From NCBI GenBank assembly GCA_045862955.1, contig BTVI01000018.1, positions 1-64,000 on the forward strand: a stretch of DNA of 64,000 nucleotides, read 5' to 3'. The notes under the pieces were generated by a model. It saw only the letters and a list, made by a program, of their open reading frames with translations, made no database searches and was not told the DNA's origin. The translations under genes were made by a program, and so were the position numbers. Origin of the DNA: Fimbriimonadales bacterium. Lineage in GTDB: Bacteria > Armatimonadota > Fimbriimonadia > Fimbriimonadales > JABRVX01. Shown piece after piece: positions 47,544 through 59,046 of the stretch; the stretch's first letter is position 1; every line of letters begins with the position of its first letter.

Positions 47544-49156
47544 TTGCGTCTGACCTGGGTGTGGACGTGCGGAAGATGCCCGAGCAGCGAGTCCTGAATG
47601 CCGGTGACGCCCGGACGTATCAGTTCGGGGTCGCGCTGGAAGTAGATGGGCACCCACGGAGCGTCGCGCAGCGCGATCCGCTGGGCCTGCCTATATAGCT
47701 CCACACGGCGCTGCGGGTCCTGCTCCACGTCGGCCAGTGCGCACAATCGGTCGAACTCCTTGTCGGAGTAGCCCACCTTGTTCTCGCCGCCATCGGTCGT
47801 CAGCATCACCGAAAGGAAATCCTGCGGGTCCAAGTAGTCCGCCATCCACCGCATGTGAAACAGCCCGAGGGACTTGTTGTTGTAGGCCTCTAGATAGGAA
47901 CCCCACTCGAGCGGTCGGAGCTCTACGTTGACGCCGAGGTTCTGGGCGAGCTGTCTCTGGATCACCTCGGCGACTAGACGCACGTCTGGACGCCCCTCGC
48001 GGAAGCTTAACGGCAGCTTCGGGAAACCCTTGCCGCCAGGGAAGCCAGCCTCTGCAAGCAGGGCGCGGGCCTTGACCGGGTCGAACGGGTACATGCGAAC
48101 GTCAGGATCGTGGCCCGGAACCTTGGGCGGGACGATGCAGTCGGCTCGTGGCACCTTGCCCTCGAGGGCGCTCTCGATGATCGCATCCTTGTCTAGAGCC
48201 ATCGCGAACGCTTGTCGCACGCGAAGGTCGGCAAACACGGGAGCCGCGAGCGGGTTCATTCCCAGGTAGTACACGGACGGGCGGTCGAAGTGATGGATGT
48301 GCTTGCTCAGCTCGGCATCCTGCTCGGCGGCAACCAACTGTGCCTTGTCCAACTGCAGCAGGTCGAGGCGGCCCCGCTTGTACAGATCGTATCTCGTGGT
48401 CGCTTCGATGACGATGGGCCGCTCGATACGATCCAGCTTCGGTCGGCCACCATGGTAGTCGTCGAAGGCGGTCAGGACGGCCATCGAATCGGGGTTGTAC
48501 TCGGTCAGTTTGAACGGGCCGGTTCCCACCACTGCCCGGATGTCGGTCATCGGCCCGCCGCCTGCCTCTTCAATCGCCCGCCGGTTCACAGCGTAAGCAT
48601 TAGGATATGTCAACTTAGCAAGGAAATACGCTTTCGGCTGGTCAATCCGTATCTCGAGCACGTAAGGCTCAGGCGCCTTCACTCCCTCCAGCCGCTTCGA
48701 CTTGCCTTCCCAACGCTCCCGAGCACCCACGATGTCGAAAAGGTAGTTGATCGCGGTCCCAGACTTGATCTCGCGGCTGACCGCGCGATCCAGGCTGTAT
48801 ACGAAGTCCTGGGCCGTCAGCTCGTCACCGTTGTGGAACCTGACCCCCTTCTTGATGAAGAAGCGGTACAGCCGACCGCCATCCAGCACCTCCCACCTCT
48901 CGGCTAGGTTCGGAACCACTTCGTTCTCCGGTGACCACTTCACGAGGCCCTCGAACACCTGGAGAAGGAGGTCAATGGTGTCTCCATCCTGCACCTGCGC
49001 CGGATCCAGGTGGGTCGGCCTGGTCACGAGCGGGTATCGAAAGACGTTCTCATCTCCCGCGGCTTGCTTGCCACACCCCGCACACAGGACCGCCAGTGAA
49101 CACACCATTCCGAGCCAAGCCCATGCGCTATGCACACCCAAACTCTTACACGTCAT
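47540..49156 (-). CDS. Peptide ABC transporter substrate-binding lipoprotein (family 5)
   Basis: Lipobox CAGC; LDPA, FEGLV, PNLAERW, GTGPFKL, WMADYLDP. Confidence 0.92.
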   Translation of the reverse strand: MTCKSLGVHSAWAWLGMVCSLAVLCAGCGKQAAGDENVFRYPLVTRPTHLDPAQVQDGDTIDLLLQVFEGLVKWSPENEVVPNLAERWEVLDGGRLYRFFIKKGVRFHNGDELTAQDFVYSLDRAVSREIKSGTAINYLFDIVGARERWEGKSKRLEGVKAPEPYVLEIRIDQPKAYFLAKLTYPNAYAVNRRAIEEAGGGPMTDIRAVVGTGPFKLTEYNPDSMAVLTAFDDYHGGRPKLDRIERPIVIEATTRYDLYKRGRLDLLQLDKAQLVAAEQDAELSKHIHHFDRPSVYYLGMNPLAAPVFADLRVRQAFAMALDKDAIIESALEGKVPRADCIVPPKVPGHDPDVRMYPFDPVKARALLAEAGFPGGKGFPKLPLSFREGRPDVRLVAEVIQRQLAQNLGVNVELRPLEWGSYLEAYNNKSLGLFHMRWMADYLDPQDFLSVMLTTDGGENKVGYSDKEFDRLCALADVEQDPQRRVELYRQAQRIALRDAPWVPIYFQRDPELIRPGVTGIQDSLLGHLPHVHTQVRRK

Positions 49157-49324
49157 GATCGAACCATACTCCCCGTTCCTCGCGAACGCAATCGCCCGCA
49201 GGCCATCGCAGCACCCATACGCCGCGTCAGATTCGAATCCTTCGGTCGGAGCGAACCCAGATGCAGCCTCGCGATGCATGAGCGGTGCGGGCTACAATAC
49301 CTCGTACCGAAGGGAGGCTTCGAG

Positions 49325-50287
49325 GTGACTTGCTTATCTCTTCTCTTGGTGTGGCTTACGATAACGACCGGAATCCAAGACGGCGATGCCGTCTTGCTTC
49401 GAAGCAAGTACGCAGCAGGTGAAAAGCGCGCTTACACCATGACGGCCAAAACGAGTGGCGAGGTGAAGGCGGCCGGGTACGTCATGGGGATGCCGTTCAA
49501 GGCAACCGAAACGACCAAGTACACTCTGACCGTACTCGGAGAGGCACCAGAAGACACTGCCGACGTGCGACTCGCAGACGAGAGTTCGGTCACGCGCTAC
49601 GCCGAGATGTTCGAACAGGAGCCCTGGGAGGAAAAGGGCGAGCTGAGCTGGGCCGTCATCACACTCTCCCCCACGAACGAGATCCTCAAGATTTGGGATC
49701 AGTCGAAGCCGAAAAAGAAGGACTCCAAGGAAGAAGAGGGCAACGAGAACGAGCAGCAGGTGGATAGCAAGGGTCTCGCCAAGACGCTGGCCGCGCGTCT
49801 CGCCGGCCAGATGCGGTTCCATGGCCTCGTCGAACTCGGGCCCAAGCTTCCGTGGTATCCGGTGAAGGTGGGAGACACGTGGCAGGACACCCTGACGGTG
49901 CTGCGAGGAGAGGACGTGACACGCGACCCCTCGCGACGTGCCTCGCGAACATCGCGAATGGATATCACCTATCGCTATGATGGTTTGCAGGAGCGAGACG
50001 GCAAGAAGGTGCACTTCATCTCTGCCACCTACTCGGCAGACCTCGATCTGAAGAGCGAGGTTAACCGCTCCATCCCACGTCCGATCCTGAACCAGAATCC
50101 TATCAGGTCCGCGACTCTCAAAGTGAGTGGCAAGATCGAGTATCAGCTCGATCCATCGAATGGCAAGATGTTACGTGCTGATTGGCTCGCGGAGTCCGAG
50201 GTCGAGCTCGTTGCGTCGCCAGGTTTCGAGATGCTGGAGTACTCACTCAAAGGCAAACTGGTAGCTTCCGTAGAACCCACGAAGTAG
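49325..50287 (+). CDS. Secreted hypothetical protein
   Basis: GGAGG RBS and GTG start, hydrophobic N-terminus, LPWYPVKVGDTW motif; good codon usage. Confidence 0.65.
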   Translation: MTCLSLLLVWLTITTGIQDGDAVLLRSKYAAGEKRAYTMTAKTSGEVKAAGYVMGMPFKATETTKYTLTVLGEAPEDTADVRLADESSVTRYAEMFEQEPWEEKGELSWAVITLSPTNEILKIWDQSKPKKKDSKEEEGNENEQQVDSKGLAKTLAARLAGQMRFHGLVELGPKLPWYPVKVGDTWQDTLTVLRGEDVTRDPSRRASRTSRMDITYRYDGLQERDGKKVHFISATYSADLDLKSEVNRSIPRPILNQNPIRSATLKVSGKIEYQLDPSNGKMLRADWLAESEVELVASPGFEMLEYSLKGKLVASVEPTK

Positions 50288-50343
50288 CACACCTACAAGA
50301 GCACTGACATGTGGCAGTGGCACAGGCCGTACAATCCGCTAGG

Positions 50344-50370
50344 GCATGCTTCGACAGGCTCAGCATGACG
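50344..50370. repeat. REP-like palindrome (same family as the 14143 array)
   Basis: GCATGCTTCGACAGGCTCAGCATGACG between convergent genes. Confidence 0.8.
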
Positions 50371-50385
50371 GGAACTAACACCTAC

Positions 50386-52512
50386 CTACACCCCCTCGAT
50401 GACCACCTTCGAGAAGTCTGCTAGCTCGATGTAAAGAGACGCTAACACTGAAAGCAGACGAAGGCGGTTGTCGCGTCGAGCCACATCCTCCGTCATCACC
50501 ATCACGCTATCGAAGAACGCACCAATCGGAGCAGCGAGACGTGCGTGCAGCAGGTCGTAGAGCGCCTCGTAGTTCCGTTGCTCCGCGAGCCGAGTCGCCT
50601 CGGGAGTAGTGTCGATCGCGGCTCGAAGCAAGACGGCCTCCGCTTCGTGCTCGAACAGAGTGCTATCAACCGATTGCAAGCGGTTCATCGCACTGGCAAT
50701 GGGAGGTATCGTGCCGGCCTCGATACCTTTGCTAGCTGCTGCCCGGGCGATGTTGCCGGGGCGAGTAGCCGTTCGCACGTACTCCACGAAGCCAGGCCGC
50801 GCAGCCCGCTGCGTGATGAGTGTTGCCCGAGATGCCACCTTTGCCGGGTCCTCCCAGCCCGCACCTAGCACCGCTGCGAGCAGATCGTGGCGCATACCAT
50901 CATATAGGTGCTCATACCTACCCATAGCCAGCTCGCCGAGCGACTTCATTACGTCGGACATGGAGAAGTCGTGGCCTTGGGTCCGATACGCCGAGAGTGC
51001 CCAAGATACCATCGCCTGCAGGTCGGGGAAGGGCCGTTCTTGCGGCCAGGCCTGGCCGTTGACGATGAGCATGTGAGTAGCGCGGCGCAACCCGAACGGA
51101 TCACTCGATCCGCTGGGTACTATGCCTAGACCGAGGTAGCCGCACAGCGTATCGATCCGGTCAGCCGCCATAAGCACCCTAGCAAGACGGGAACCTGCAT
51201 CGCTGGGTGGTACCTCGGGCCCATAGTGGTGACGGATCGCATCACACACAGCGCTCGGCTCTCCGTCACGCTGCGCATACTCCGCACCGACGATGCCCTG
51301 CAGAGCGGGCAGTTCCATCACCAGGCCCGAGGCGAGATCTGCCTTGGCCAGAGCAGCGGCCCGAGCCGCCCACGCACGCTCCTCGTCCGAGAGGCATAGC
51401 TGCGCGGCAATCGTATCGCACAACGAGACCAATCGCTCGGCCTTGTGCGCGAGGGAGCCGAGCCTTTCTTGAAAAAGGATGCGATCCAGCTTCGCGGCGA
51501 AGCGTGGCAGGATCGGCCTCTCCTTGGTGTCCTCCTCGAAGAAGAACCGAGCATCATTGAAGCGGGCTGCGAGCACCCACTGATTGCCACGTATCACCGT
51601 GTCCTCGTCGCCGCTGTTCCTGATGCTGATGAAGTTCGGTGCAAGCTTTCCCTGCACGTCGCGCAGCGGAAGGAACTTCTCGTGTTTCTTCATCGCTACT
51701 ATCAGCACGCTCTCTGGCAGCTCCAGGAAGCTATCGTCGAACGTACCCAGACTCGGCATCGGCCACTCGGTTAGGTAAACGTTCTCATCGAGGATCGCGT
51801 CATCGGCCTCGATGGTGCCCTGGTTCTTCGGCCATAGATCATGCGCCCCTGCGAGGATTCTCTCCCGTCGGCGAGCCGGATCGAACTCCACGTACGTACC
51901 GCGAAGCTTGGTGGCGAACTCCTCGAAGCTACGCACCTCGAACTCACCCGGTGCCATGATTCGGTGTCCGCGCGTGCGGTTACCACTAACAACCCCCTCG
52001 ACTTCGAATGGCACCACTTCTCCGCCAAGGAGGGCTAAGATCCACCGGATGGGCCGCGCAAACCGCATTCGCCCTGCGCCCCAACGCATCGTCTTGTCGA
52101 AGCTGATAGAGCGAATGGCATCCGGGAGAATGCCTGCGAGTACTTCCCGTGCGGAAAGGCCCGGTACTGGCTTCGTGACCCACACATATTCGCCCTCGAC
52201 GCGGACGTCGCTCGGTGCTACGCCTTGGCTACGACAGAAGCCCTCCAGCGCCTTCGTCGGCTGCCCCGCCGCATCGTACGCTGCCGATACCTTGGGCCCG
52301 CGTTGCTCCTTCACGCTGTCCGGTTGTCGGTCCGCAAGATCACGTACCACCAGAATCAGTCGCCTGGGGGTGCCGAATGCAGACGCCTCGCCGTGCGTGA
52401 GGCGCGTCTCTGCCAGTCGCGCAAGCACTCCATCACGAAGCTGCGTGAATGCGCGCTGCACCTGGCTAGCCGGCAGCTCCTCGCATCCTACTTCGAATAG
52501 TAGCTCAGGCAC
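50386..52512 (-). CDS. glyS: Glycine-tRNA ligase beta subunit
   Basis: [20 protein letters not shown]...[25 protein letters not shown]...NRL. Confidence 0.96.
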   Translation of the reverse strand: MPELLFEVGCEELPASQVQRAFTQLRDGVLARLAETRLTHGEASAFGTPRRLILVVRDLADRQPDSVKEQRGPKVSAAYDAAGQPTKALEGFCRSQGVAPSDVRVEGEYVWVTKPVPGLSAREVLAGILPDAIRSISFDKTMRWGAGRMRFARPIRWILALLGGEVVPFEVEGVVSGNRTRGHRIMAPGEFEVRSFEEFATKLRGTYVEFDPARRRERILAGAHDLWPKNQGTIEADDAILDENVYLTEWPMPSLGTFDDSFLELPESVLIVAMKKHEKFLPLRDVQGKLAPNFISIRNSGDEDTVIRGNQWVLAARFNDARFFFEEDTKERPILPRFAAKLDRILFQERLGSLAHKAERLVSLCDTIAAQLCLSDEERAWAARAAALAKADLASGLVMELPALQGIVGAEYAQRDGEPSAVCDAIRHHYGPEVPPSDAGSRLARVLMAADRIDTLCGYLGLGIVPSGSSDPFGLRRATHMLIVNGQAWPQERPFPDLQAMVSWALSAYRTQGHDFSMSDVMKSLGELAMGRYEHLYDGMRHDLLAAVLGAGWEDPAKVASRATLITQRAARPGFVEYVRTATRPGNIARAAASKGIEAGTIPPIASAMNRLQSVDSTLFEHEAEAVLLRAAIDTTPEATRLAEQRNYEALYDLLHARLAAPIGAFFDSVMVMTEDVARRDNRLRLLSVLASLYIELADFSKVVIEGV

Positions 52513-53416
52513 TGGCGGCCTCCTTCACCATAGCAGCCTCGCGCTTCGCGAGGTACTTCAGGCAGCACGCCCTCACCCGCGCTCGCACACGGTTGATGAA
52601 CGCCGCTCGCTCGGAGACGCTGATGCTACCCCTGGCATCGAGCAGGTTAAACACGTGCGAGCAGCGGAGCGCGAGGTCGAACGCAGGTGCTACCATCGGG
52701 CCTGCTGGAGACTCCGTTTCGATGATACGTTTGCTTTCCGCCTCGTACATGTCGAACAGGCGAAACAACATGTCGGTGTCCGCAAAGTCGAAGTTGTAGT
52801 AGTTATGCTCCAGCTCCGAGTCGAAGTCTACATCGCGATAGCTAACAGGGTTGCCCTGGGGGTCGTACGTCCATATTAGGTCCCAGACGCTGTTCTTCTG
52901 TTGCAGCATCATGCACAAGCGCTCCGGCCCGTAGGTGATCTCGGCGCAGACCGGACGGCACTCGATGCCACCCATCTGCTGGAAGTAGGTAAACTGCGTG
53001 ATCTCGGTGCCGTCTATCCACACCTCCCAGCCCACGCCGCTGGCTCCCAGAGTGGGGGCCTCCCAGTCGTCCTCCACGAATCGGATGTCGTGCATCGTGG
53101 GCTCGATCCCCAGCGCGCGGAGACTCTCGAGGTATTTGTCCACTATGTCCTCGGGAGAGGGTTTCATAATCACCTGATACTGGTAGTAGTGCTGGAGGCG
53201 CATGGGGTTGCGTGCGTAGCGTCCGTCGGCGGGGCGACGCGAGGGCTGGACGTACGCCACGTTCCAGGGGTCTGGACCGAGGCAGCGAAGGGTGGTGGCG
53301 GGGGCCATCGTGCCGGCACCCACCTCTAGATCGTAGGGTTGGACGATCAAGCAGCCCTGGCTTCCCCAGAACTGCTCGAGACGCAACAGAAGGTCCTGAA
53401 AGGTAAGGGCATCCAC
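52505..53416 (-). CDS. glyQ: Glycine-tRNA ligase alpha subunit
   Basis: [45 protein letters not shown]. Confidence 0.97.
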   Translation of the reverse strand: MDALTFQDLLLRLEQFWGSQGCLIVQPYDLEVGAGTMAPATTLRCLGPDPWNVAYVQPSRRPADGRYARNPMRLQHYYQYQVIMKPSPEDIVDKYLESLRALGIEPTMHDIRFVEDDWEAPTLGASGVGWEVWIDGTEITQFTYFQQMGGIECRPVCAEITYGPERLCMMLQQKNSVWDLIWTYDPQGNPVSYRDVDFDSELEHNYYNFDFADTDMLFRLFDMYEAESKRIIETESPAGPMVAPAFDLALRCSHVFNLLDARGSISVSERAAFINRVRARVRACCLKYLAKREAAMVKEAASA

Positions 53417-53545
53417 GGGGCGTAGGATACCCGCGAGGGGTTCGGTACGGCCTCGGACGCACGGGAACCATGCAAGCCTCTCGGGTAGACAACAAGCAAC
53501 CCGATGGGAACCCTCGCGCCGGGGCAGGTGTAGAATGCCAAGGAG

Positions 53546-53908
53546 ATGAGTCACGAAGCACAGACCGAAGTCGGAGCTCCCATCGAGCTAACGGAAGCCG
53601 CAGCAGAGCGCGTTCGAGCCCTGCTGAAGCGCGAGCCTAACTCCGCCGCGCGCCTGCGGGTCGGCGTGAAGGGCGGTGGCTGCTCGGGGCTGGAGTACGT
53701 ACTCAAGCTGGACGCGAACGTCAGACCCGACGACCTGCAGTTCGAGGTTCGGGGCATTCCGCTGGTGATCGACCCGAAGAGCCTGCCGTACATCCGGGGC
53801 AGCGTGTTGGACTACACCGGCCAACTCATCGGCGGCGGCTTCCGAGTGAGCAACCCGAACGCCTCGCGAACCTGCGGCTGCGGAACGTCGTTCACTCCGT
53901 CCGACTGA
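53546..53908 (+). CDS. A-type Fe-S cluster carrier (IscA/SufA/HesB family)
   Basis: GGGCSGLEY and [14 protein letters not shown]. Confidence 0.95.
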   Translation: MSHEAQTEVGAPIELTEAAAERVRALLKREPNSAARLRVGVKGGGCSGLEYVLKLDANVRPDDLQFEVRGIPLVIDPKSLPYIRGSVLDYTGQLIGGGFRVSNPNASRTCGCGTSFTPSD

Positions 53909-53912
53909 CGCC

Positions 53913-55166
53913 TTAGCGCAGCTGCTGCACCGAACGAGCGAAAAACACGGCCGGAAGCGCCACCACCAAACAAATGACCGCTCCTACTAGGAAGGACTCG
54001 GACACGCCGATCCGCGCCGCGATCTCGCCGAACAGCAGCGTGCCGATGGGTCCGAGCCCCGAAAGCGCCCAGAAGTGAACTCCCACCACGCGGCCACGCA
54101 GGTGCTCGGCAGCGTTCGCCTGAAGCAGCGTGTTGGTTCCGTTCAGCATCGTCGTGCCGCAGTAGCCCGTCACCACCAGGCACAACCCCGCCACCAACGA
54201 AGCCTTGGGGCTCGAACCGCCTGCAATGGCGATTCCCACCAGCCCCAGCGCCAGCAGACCGAGCGAGAAGCCGGTCATCGCCAGGGCCGGGACGCGCCCG
54301 CGTCCGCGATAACGGGAGAGCATGGCGAGCGTTCCCAACCCCGACACTGCACCCACGCCAATCGCGGAGTACAGGTAGCCGAGCCCTTGCTTCCCCGTGC
54401 CCAGCACGTCCGCGGCGTACGCCGGCAGCTGCACGATGTAAAACAGACCGAACACGCTAATGACGATCTCCAGCAGGATCAGCGTTCGAAACGCGGGGGT
54501 GGTTGCCACCGTTCGGATCCCTTCCGTCATGCGCTGGAATGCAGGCTGCGTGTCTTCCACTCGAGCTTCGCTTCGGGGCCGCACCGCGAGCAGCCCGGAC
54601 AGCATCGCCGCGTAGCTCAGGCCGTTGGCGAGAAAGCAGACACCCGGCCCGAGACTCGCCAACAGAATGCCGCCGATAGAGGGACCGACGAGTCGCGCGA
54701 CGTTGAACGTGGCCCCGGTGAGCGGAATGGCATTCGCGATGTCCTCCGTGTCCACCAGCTCACTGATCAGGCTCTGGCGTGCGGGCACGTCGAAGCTCCA
54801 GATGATGCCGTTCAGCAGGCCGATCAACAGGATGTGCCAGACCTGGACGTAGCCGAGCAGGGTGACCGCAGCGAGCGTGAGCGCAGTGACTGCAAGCGAG
54901 GTCTGCGTAACGATCACCACGCGCCGCTTGTCGAAAGAGTCGGCCACCGCCCCCGTGAACGGACCCATGAAGAACACCGGAGCCTGGCCGGCAAAGCTGA
55001 CTAACGCCAGGGTCGCGGGGTCGCGCGTCAAGTGATACACCAGCCAGCCCTGAGCAACGGTCTGTATCCAGTTGCCCGTGAACGAAACGAACGCGCCCGT
55101 CCAGTACACGCGGAAGTTGCGATGTCGGAGGGCGCTCAGTTGGTCCGGTAAGGCTAGTCTGGGCAA
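53913..55166 (-). CDS. MFS transporter
   Basis: RHRNFRVYW, about 12 TM segments, AEHLRGRV. Confidence 0.9.
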   Translation of the reverse strand: MPRLALPDQLSALRHRNFRVYWTGAFVSFTGNWIQTVAQGWLVYHLTRDPATLALVSFAGQAPVFFMGPFTGAVADSFDKRRVVIVTQTSLAVTALTLAAVTLLGYVQVWHILLIGLLNGIIWSFDVPARQSLISELVDTEDIANAIPLTGATFNVARLVGPSIGGILLASLGPGVCFLANGLSYAAMLSGLLAVRPRSEARVEDTQPAFQRMTEGIRTVATTPAFRTLILLEIVISVFGLFYIVQLPAYAADVLGTGKQGLGYLYSAIGVGAVSGLGTLAMLSRYRGRGRVPALAMTGFSLGLLALGLVGIAIAGGSSPKASLVAGLCLVVTGYCGTTMLNGTNTLLQANAAEHLRGRVVGVHFWALSGLGPIGTLLFGEIAARIGVSESFLVGAVICLVVALPAVFFARSVQQLR

Positions 55167-55221
55167 CGAGATGGCTTCAGGATCCTCCTATTCGCACCAT
55201 ACAGTATGGCGCGTTCTGGCC

Positions 55222-56922
55222 TCACCGCTCGATCCCGAGCAGGGCTAACTTGGCACTTTCGACCGCAACCGAGCCTTTGTCAGTGGCCAGTAGCCCCCGA
55301 ACCGCCACCACGTCTCCTACCAGCCAGGGCAGATCGGGCGCCGCGCTCTCACGGACGACCACCTCTCCGCCTCCGATGGGGTCGCGCAGGGTCAGCGGGT
55401 CCGTCCCGACCACGCGCAGGCCGGAGAGGCACACGCTCGCGCCCTCGGTGAGATGCCTCAACATCCCGGTCCTGCGCGTCAGGTCCGGGGGTGGGCCGAC
55501 GATGCCGTGCGCCGACACCGACGTGCCGGCAAAGGCAGAGACACCGCCGATCTCCAACACGGGCCACGCGAGCGACGTAACCCGCACGGTGTAACGGCCG
55601 GGTGGCACCCTGAAGAAGGCATAGAAGCCAGTGCCGTCGGTGGAAGTGACAAGCTCTCGCCCCTCAGCGTCCACCAGGCTCAGCGTAGCGCCATCCAAAG
55701 GGTTCAGCTGGGGGTCGAGCACCGTCCCGTGCACGATTCCCCACTCGGGCGCACGTTTCCAAGGCAGGTCGGGTGGTGCTGGTACCTGGCTCACGGCCTC
55801 TCCCAGCATCCGGTACACCGATTCGTCGTAAGTGCGGATGCCATCACCTAAGTCGCTCGTGCTGGCGTACGAGAAGAGGCAGAAGCCGAAGGGAAGAGCC
55901 TCGGCAGCCATTCGAATCTGCGTCATCGTGTCGGCGGGCCTGTTCAGGTACGCTCCCAACCCCGCGACGAGCGCCGAAGGGAACTGCTGCGCCCTCGCCC
56001 ACTGCAGCCAGAGGTTTAGGTACTGGGGCAGTCGCTGTTGGTTGGCGTACCACATCGGCATCCCGATGTCCAGCCAGCCCTCCCGTAACCACGTCCGCCA
56101 GTCGGAGAACACCTCGCGATAGGCTCGCGTCTCCTCCCACGGTCGGCTCTCTGCTGGGGCTTGTCCCCAGGGCACCAGTGCCGCGCTGATCTCGATGTCC
56201 CAGCGGAGAGCGGTCGCGGTCGCGTACAGCTTCTTCACCAGAGCGGTGACCTGGTCCCGGCGCCACTGCTGCCAGGCAGGATCGTCGGGCTCGGGAATGC
56301 CCGTGCGCCCGTAGCGCCGATTGAAACGCGCCACGCTCTCCGCGTTGTAGCCCCAGTCGGTTCCCGTATAGCGGATGAAATCCATGTGAATGCCCGCTAC
56401 CGGGTACTTCCGCGCCACTTCCATGTAGGTGCGCCAAAGGTAGTCGGCGGCCTGCGGATGGCCGAAGTCCAGAGCCCGCCCGACTTCCGAGGCCGTCTCA
56501 CCGGACCGGTTGCGAGTGAGCCAGTCTGGCTTTCGTAGCACCACGTGCTGGGGAAACGGCGGATCGTGCGAGGAAGGCCACAAAGGATGGGCGTTCATCC
56601 ACGCGTGAACCTCTATCGGATGCGGAAGGCCCTGGCACTTGTGCAGGATATCGGCCAAGGCGTCGTAGCCCGGGTCCTTGTCGTGCGCAGGGGGATCGTA
56701 TTGGCTATGATGATAGGCCGCGGCACGGGCACGCATCTGAACGAACAGAGCGTTCAGTTTGGCGGTGGATGCCCGATTAATAAGTACGTCCACCTCGTCC
56801 GGGTTTCGGAAGCCCGCGTGAAAGGCATCCACCCACATGGCGCGGTACGATTGGGAGTGGCTCATGACAGTCGAGAGTGATAGGACCAGCCCGGCAACGA
56901 GGACACCAGCACCCAGCCTCAT
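55222..56922 (-). CDS. GHL10/DUF187 glycoside hydrolase-like protein with carboxypeptidase-regulatory-like domain
   Basis: RAMWV, IEVHAWMN, GIHMDFIRY, WQQWRRDQVT; STDGTGFYAFFRVPPGRY. Confidence 0.85.
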   Translation of the reverse strand: MRLGAGVLVAGLVLSLSTVMSHSQSYRAMWVDAFHAGFRNPDEVDVLINRASTAKLNALFVQMRARAAAYHHSQYDPPAHDKDPGYDALADILHKCQGLPHPIEVHAWMNAHPLWPSSHDPPFPQHVVLRKPDWLTRNRSGETASEVGRALDFGHPQAADYLWRTYMEVARKYPVAGIHMDFIRYTGTDWGYNAESVARFNRRYGRTGIPEPDDPAWQQWRRDQVTALVKKLYATATALRWDIEISAALVPWGQAPAESRPWEETRAYREVFSDWRTWLREGWLDIGMPMWYANQQRLPQYLNLWLQWARAQQFPSALVAGLGAYLNRPADTMTQIRMAAEALPFGFCLFSYASTSDLGDGIRTYDESVYRMLGEAVSQVPAPPDLPWKRAPEWGIVHGTVLDPQLNPLDGATLSLVDAEGRELVTSTDGTGFYAFFRVPPGRYTVRVTSLAWPVLEIGGVSAFAGTSVSAHGIVGPPPDLTRRTGMLRHLTEGASVCLSGLRVVGTDPLTLRDPIGGGEVVVRESAAPDLPWLVGDVVAVRGLLATDKGSVAVESAKLALLGIER

Positions 56923-56953
56923 AGCAGCATCCTACCTGAAGCCCCCGTTTTCG

Positions 56954-56982
56954 TTGACTCGGGCTCGGACGGCAGGTACACT
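56954..56982 (+). promoter_or_regulatory. Sigma-70-type promoter for dxs
   Basis: TTGACT - N17 - TACACT. Confidence 0.6.
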
Positions 56983-57012
56983 GCGCCGGTGGCAAGGACG
57001 CGAGGTGAGCGT

Positions 57013-58938
57013 GTGAGCCGTCTCCTGGACGGAATCCGGGCCCCGTCCGACCTCAAGGCGCTGACGCGCGAGCAGTTGCGGCAAGTCGCGTCCGAGATTC
57101 GGCAGGCCCTTATCGAGAATATCTCCAAGACGGGGGGACACTTCTCCAGCAACCTGGGGACGGTGGAGCTTACGGTTGCCCTCTATGCCGCCTACGACTT
57201 TCCGCCGGACAAGTTCATCTGGGACACCGGCCATCAAGCCTACCCCCACAAGATGCTTACCGGCAGGCTGGATAGGTTCCACACGCTGCGCCAATACAAG
57301 GGGCTCAGTGGCTTCTTGCGGCGATCCGAAAGCCCGTACGATCTGTTCGGAGCCGGTCATGCGGGCACGTCCATCTCCGCGGCCCTCGGCTTCGCCGTCG
57401 CCCGAGACAAGGCCAAGACCAGCGAACGTGTGGTCGCAGTCACGGGAGATGCGGCGCTGACTTCCGGTCTGGCGTTCGAGGCGCTCAACAACGCCGCCCA
57501 GCTCCGCACCGATATCACCGTGGTGCTGAACGATAACAAGATGAGCATCGCGGAGAACGTCGGTGCGCTCTCCACACACCTCGCCCGGTTGCGCGCCCGA
57601 CCCTGGTTCCAGAGGCTCGAAGGCCAGGCCAGAGCCGCCGTGGAGAAGCTCCCGCAGCCCATTGCCCGTGCAGCCGAGGGCTTGCAGCACGCAGTCACGC
57701 ACTACGTCGCCCCCGAGGACACGGGAGCCATATTCGAGGAGATGGGCTTCAAGTACATCGGGCCGATTGACGGACACGACTTGGACGTGCTGCTGGACAT
57801 CTTCGCCGACGCCAAGAAGCTGACTGGCCCGGTACTAATCCACGTACTCACCGTGAAAGGCAAGGGCTACAACTTCGCAGAGGACGATGCGCGCAAGTGG
57901 CACGGTGTCACACCGTTCACCATCGTAGACGGCAAGATAGAGACGGGCTCCGGCGGCGAGTCTTTCACGTCGGTCTTCGGCCAAGAAATGGTGCGGCACG
58001 CGAGAACGGACGAGAAAATCGTGGCCATTACCGCCGCCATGCCCGACGGGACTGGTCTCACCCCCTTCAGCAAGGAGTTCCCCGACCGCTTCTACGACGT
58101 GGGAATCGCCGAGCAGCATGCGGTCTGCTGGGCCGCGGGGCTCGCTGCGGGCGGCCTCAAGCCGGTCTGCGCCATCTATTCCACCTTCTTGCAGCGTGCC
58201 TTCGACCAGATCGCCCATGACGTGTGCATCCAGAACTTGCCCGTGCGCTTCATGCTCGATCGCGGTGGACTGGTGGGGGCAGACGGCGCAACACACCACG
58301 GCGCCCTCGACCTCTCCTACCTCTCGCTGCTCCCCAACATGGTGGTGATGGCGCCCCGCGACATCCCCGAGTTCCGAACCATGATCGAGTACGCGCTGGG
58401 CTACGACGAGCACCCCATAGCGGTTCGCTACCCGCGCGGTGGGTCTCCCTCTTGCGGGCTGCCTGCCGTGCACGAGCCCATCCGGCACGGCAAAGGAGAG
58501 CTTCTTCGAGAGGGCAAGGACGTCGCGCTCATCGCCATCGGAACCATGGTCGGGGCCGCGTGGGAGGCCGCACAGACGCTCGAGCGGTCCGGCCTTTCGG
58601 CGGCAGTGTTCAACGCGCGGTTCGCAAAGCCGATCGATGCCGAGGCGATCCTGGAGCTGGCCCGGGAAACCCGCTTCGTAATCGTGATGGAGGAGAACGT
58701 AGCGCGGGGCGGGGTGGGGGAAGCCGTCAAGTCGCTGCTGCTGGACAACGACCTCTCTGGGGTGCGTGTGCGCCACCTGTGCCTGCCGGATGCATTCGTG
58801 GAGCACGGCTCGCAGGACCAGTTGCTCGCAGACTGCGGTCTTACCGCACAAGACGCGGTGCGAGTGGCTAGCGAGGTCCTCTTCCAGCACGCAGCCGCGC
58901 CCGTGGCGAGCCCACACTCCCGCTCCCAGCGAAGCTGA
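57013..58938 (+). CDS. dxs: 1-deoxy-D-xylulose-5-phosphate synthase
   Basis: GGHFSSNLGTVELT, WDTGHQAYPHK, GHAGTSIS, DVGIAEQH, YSTFLQR, DGATH. Confidence 0.97.
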   Translation: MSRLLDGIRAPSDLKALTREQLRQVASEIRQALIENISKTGGHFSSNLGTVELTVALYAAYDFPPDKFIWDTGHQAYPHKMLTGRLDRFHTLRQYKGLSGFLRRSESPYDLFGAGHAGTSISAALGFAVARDKAKTSERVVAVTGDAALTSGLAFEALNNAAQLRTDITVVLNDNKMSIAENVGALSTHLARLRARPWFQRLEGQARAAVEKLPQPIARAAEGLQHAVTHYVAPEDTGAIFEEMGFKYIGPIDGHDLDVLLDIFADAKKLTGPVLIHVLTVKGKGYNFAEDDARKWHGVTPFTIVDGKIETGSGGESFTSVFGQEMVRHARTDEKIVAITAAMPDGTGLTPFSKEFPDRFYDVGIAEQHAVCWAAGLAAGGLKPVCAIYSTFLQRAFDQIAHDVCIQNLPVRFMLDRGGLVGADGATHHGALDLSYLSLLPNMVVMAPRDIPEFRTMIEYALGYDEHPIAVRYPRGGSPSCGLPAVHEPIRHGKGELLREGKDVALIAIGTMVGAAWEAAQTLERSGLSAAVFNARFAKPIDAEAILELARETRFVIVMEENVARGGVGEAVKSLLLDNDLSGVRVRHLCLPDAFVEHGSQDQLLADCGLTAQDAVRVASEVLFQHAAAPVASPHSRSQRS

Positions 58939-58947
58939 CCCTGGCCC

Positions 58948-58973
58948 TGGGTTCCCGCCTTCGCGGGGACGAC
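58948..58973. repeat. Short REP-like hairpin / possible terminator GGTTCCCGCCTTCGCGGGGACGAC
   Basis: Palindrome between convergent dxs and S8 peptidase genes. Confidence 0.45.
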
Positions 58974-59046
58974 GTTAGCTGCCTCTATCCGCTAACCGGC
59001 GTCCGGCGCACCGCTAACACAATAGGAGCGCTCTCGCCTGCTCGGC

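Noticed and set aside
45772..49156. Peptide ABC and MacAB-type operons lacking ATPase genes
   Set aside because: ATPase subunits are commonly encoded elsewhere; not evidence of a novel system.
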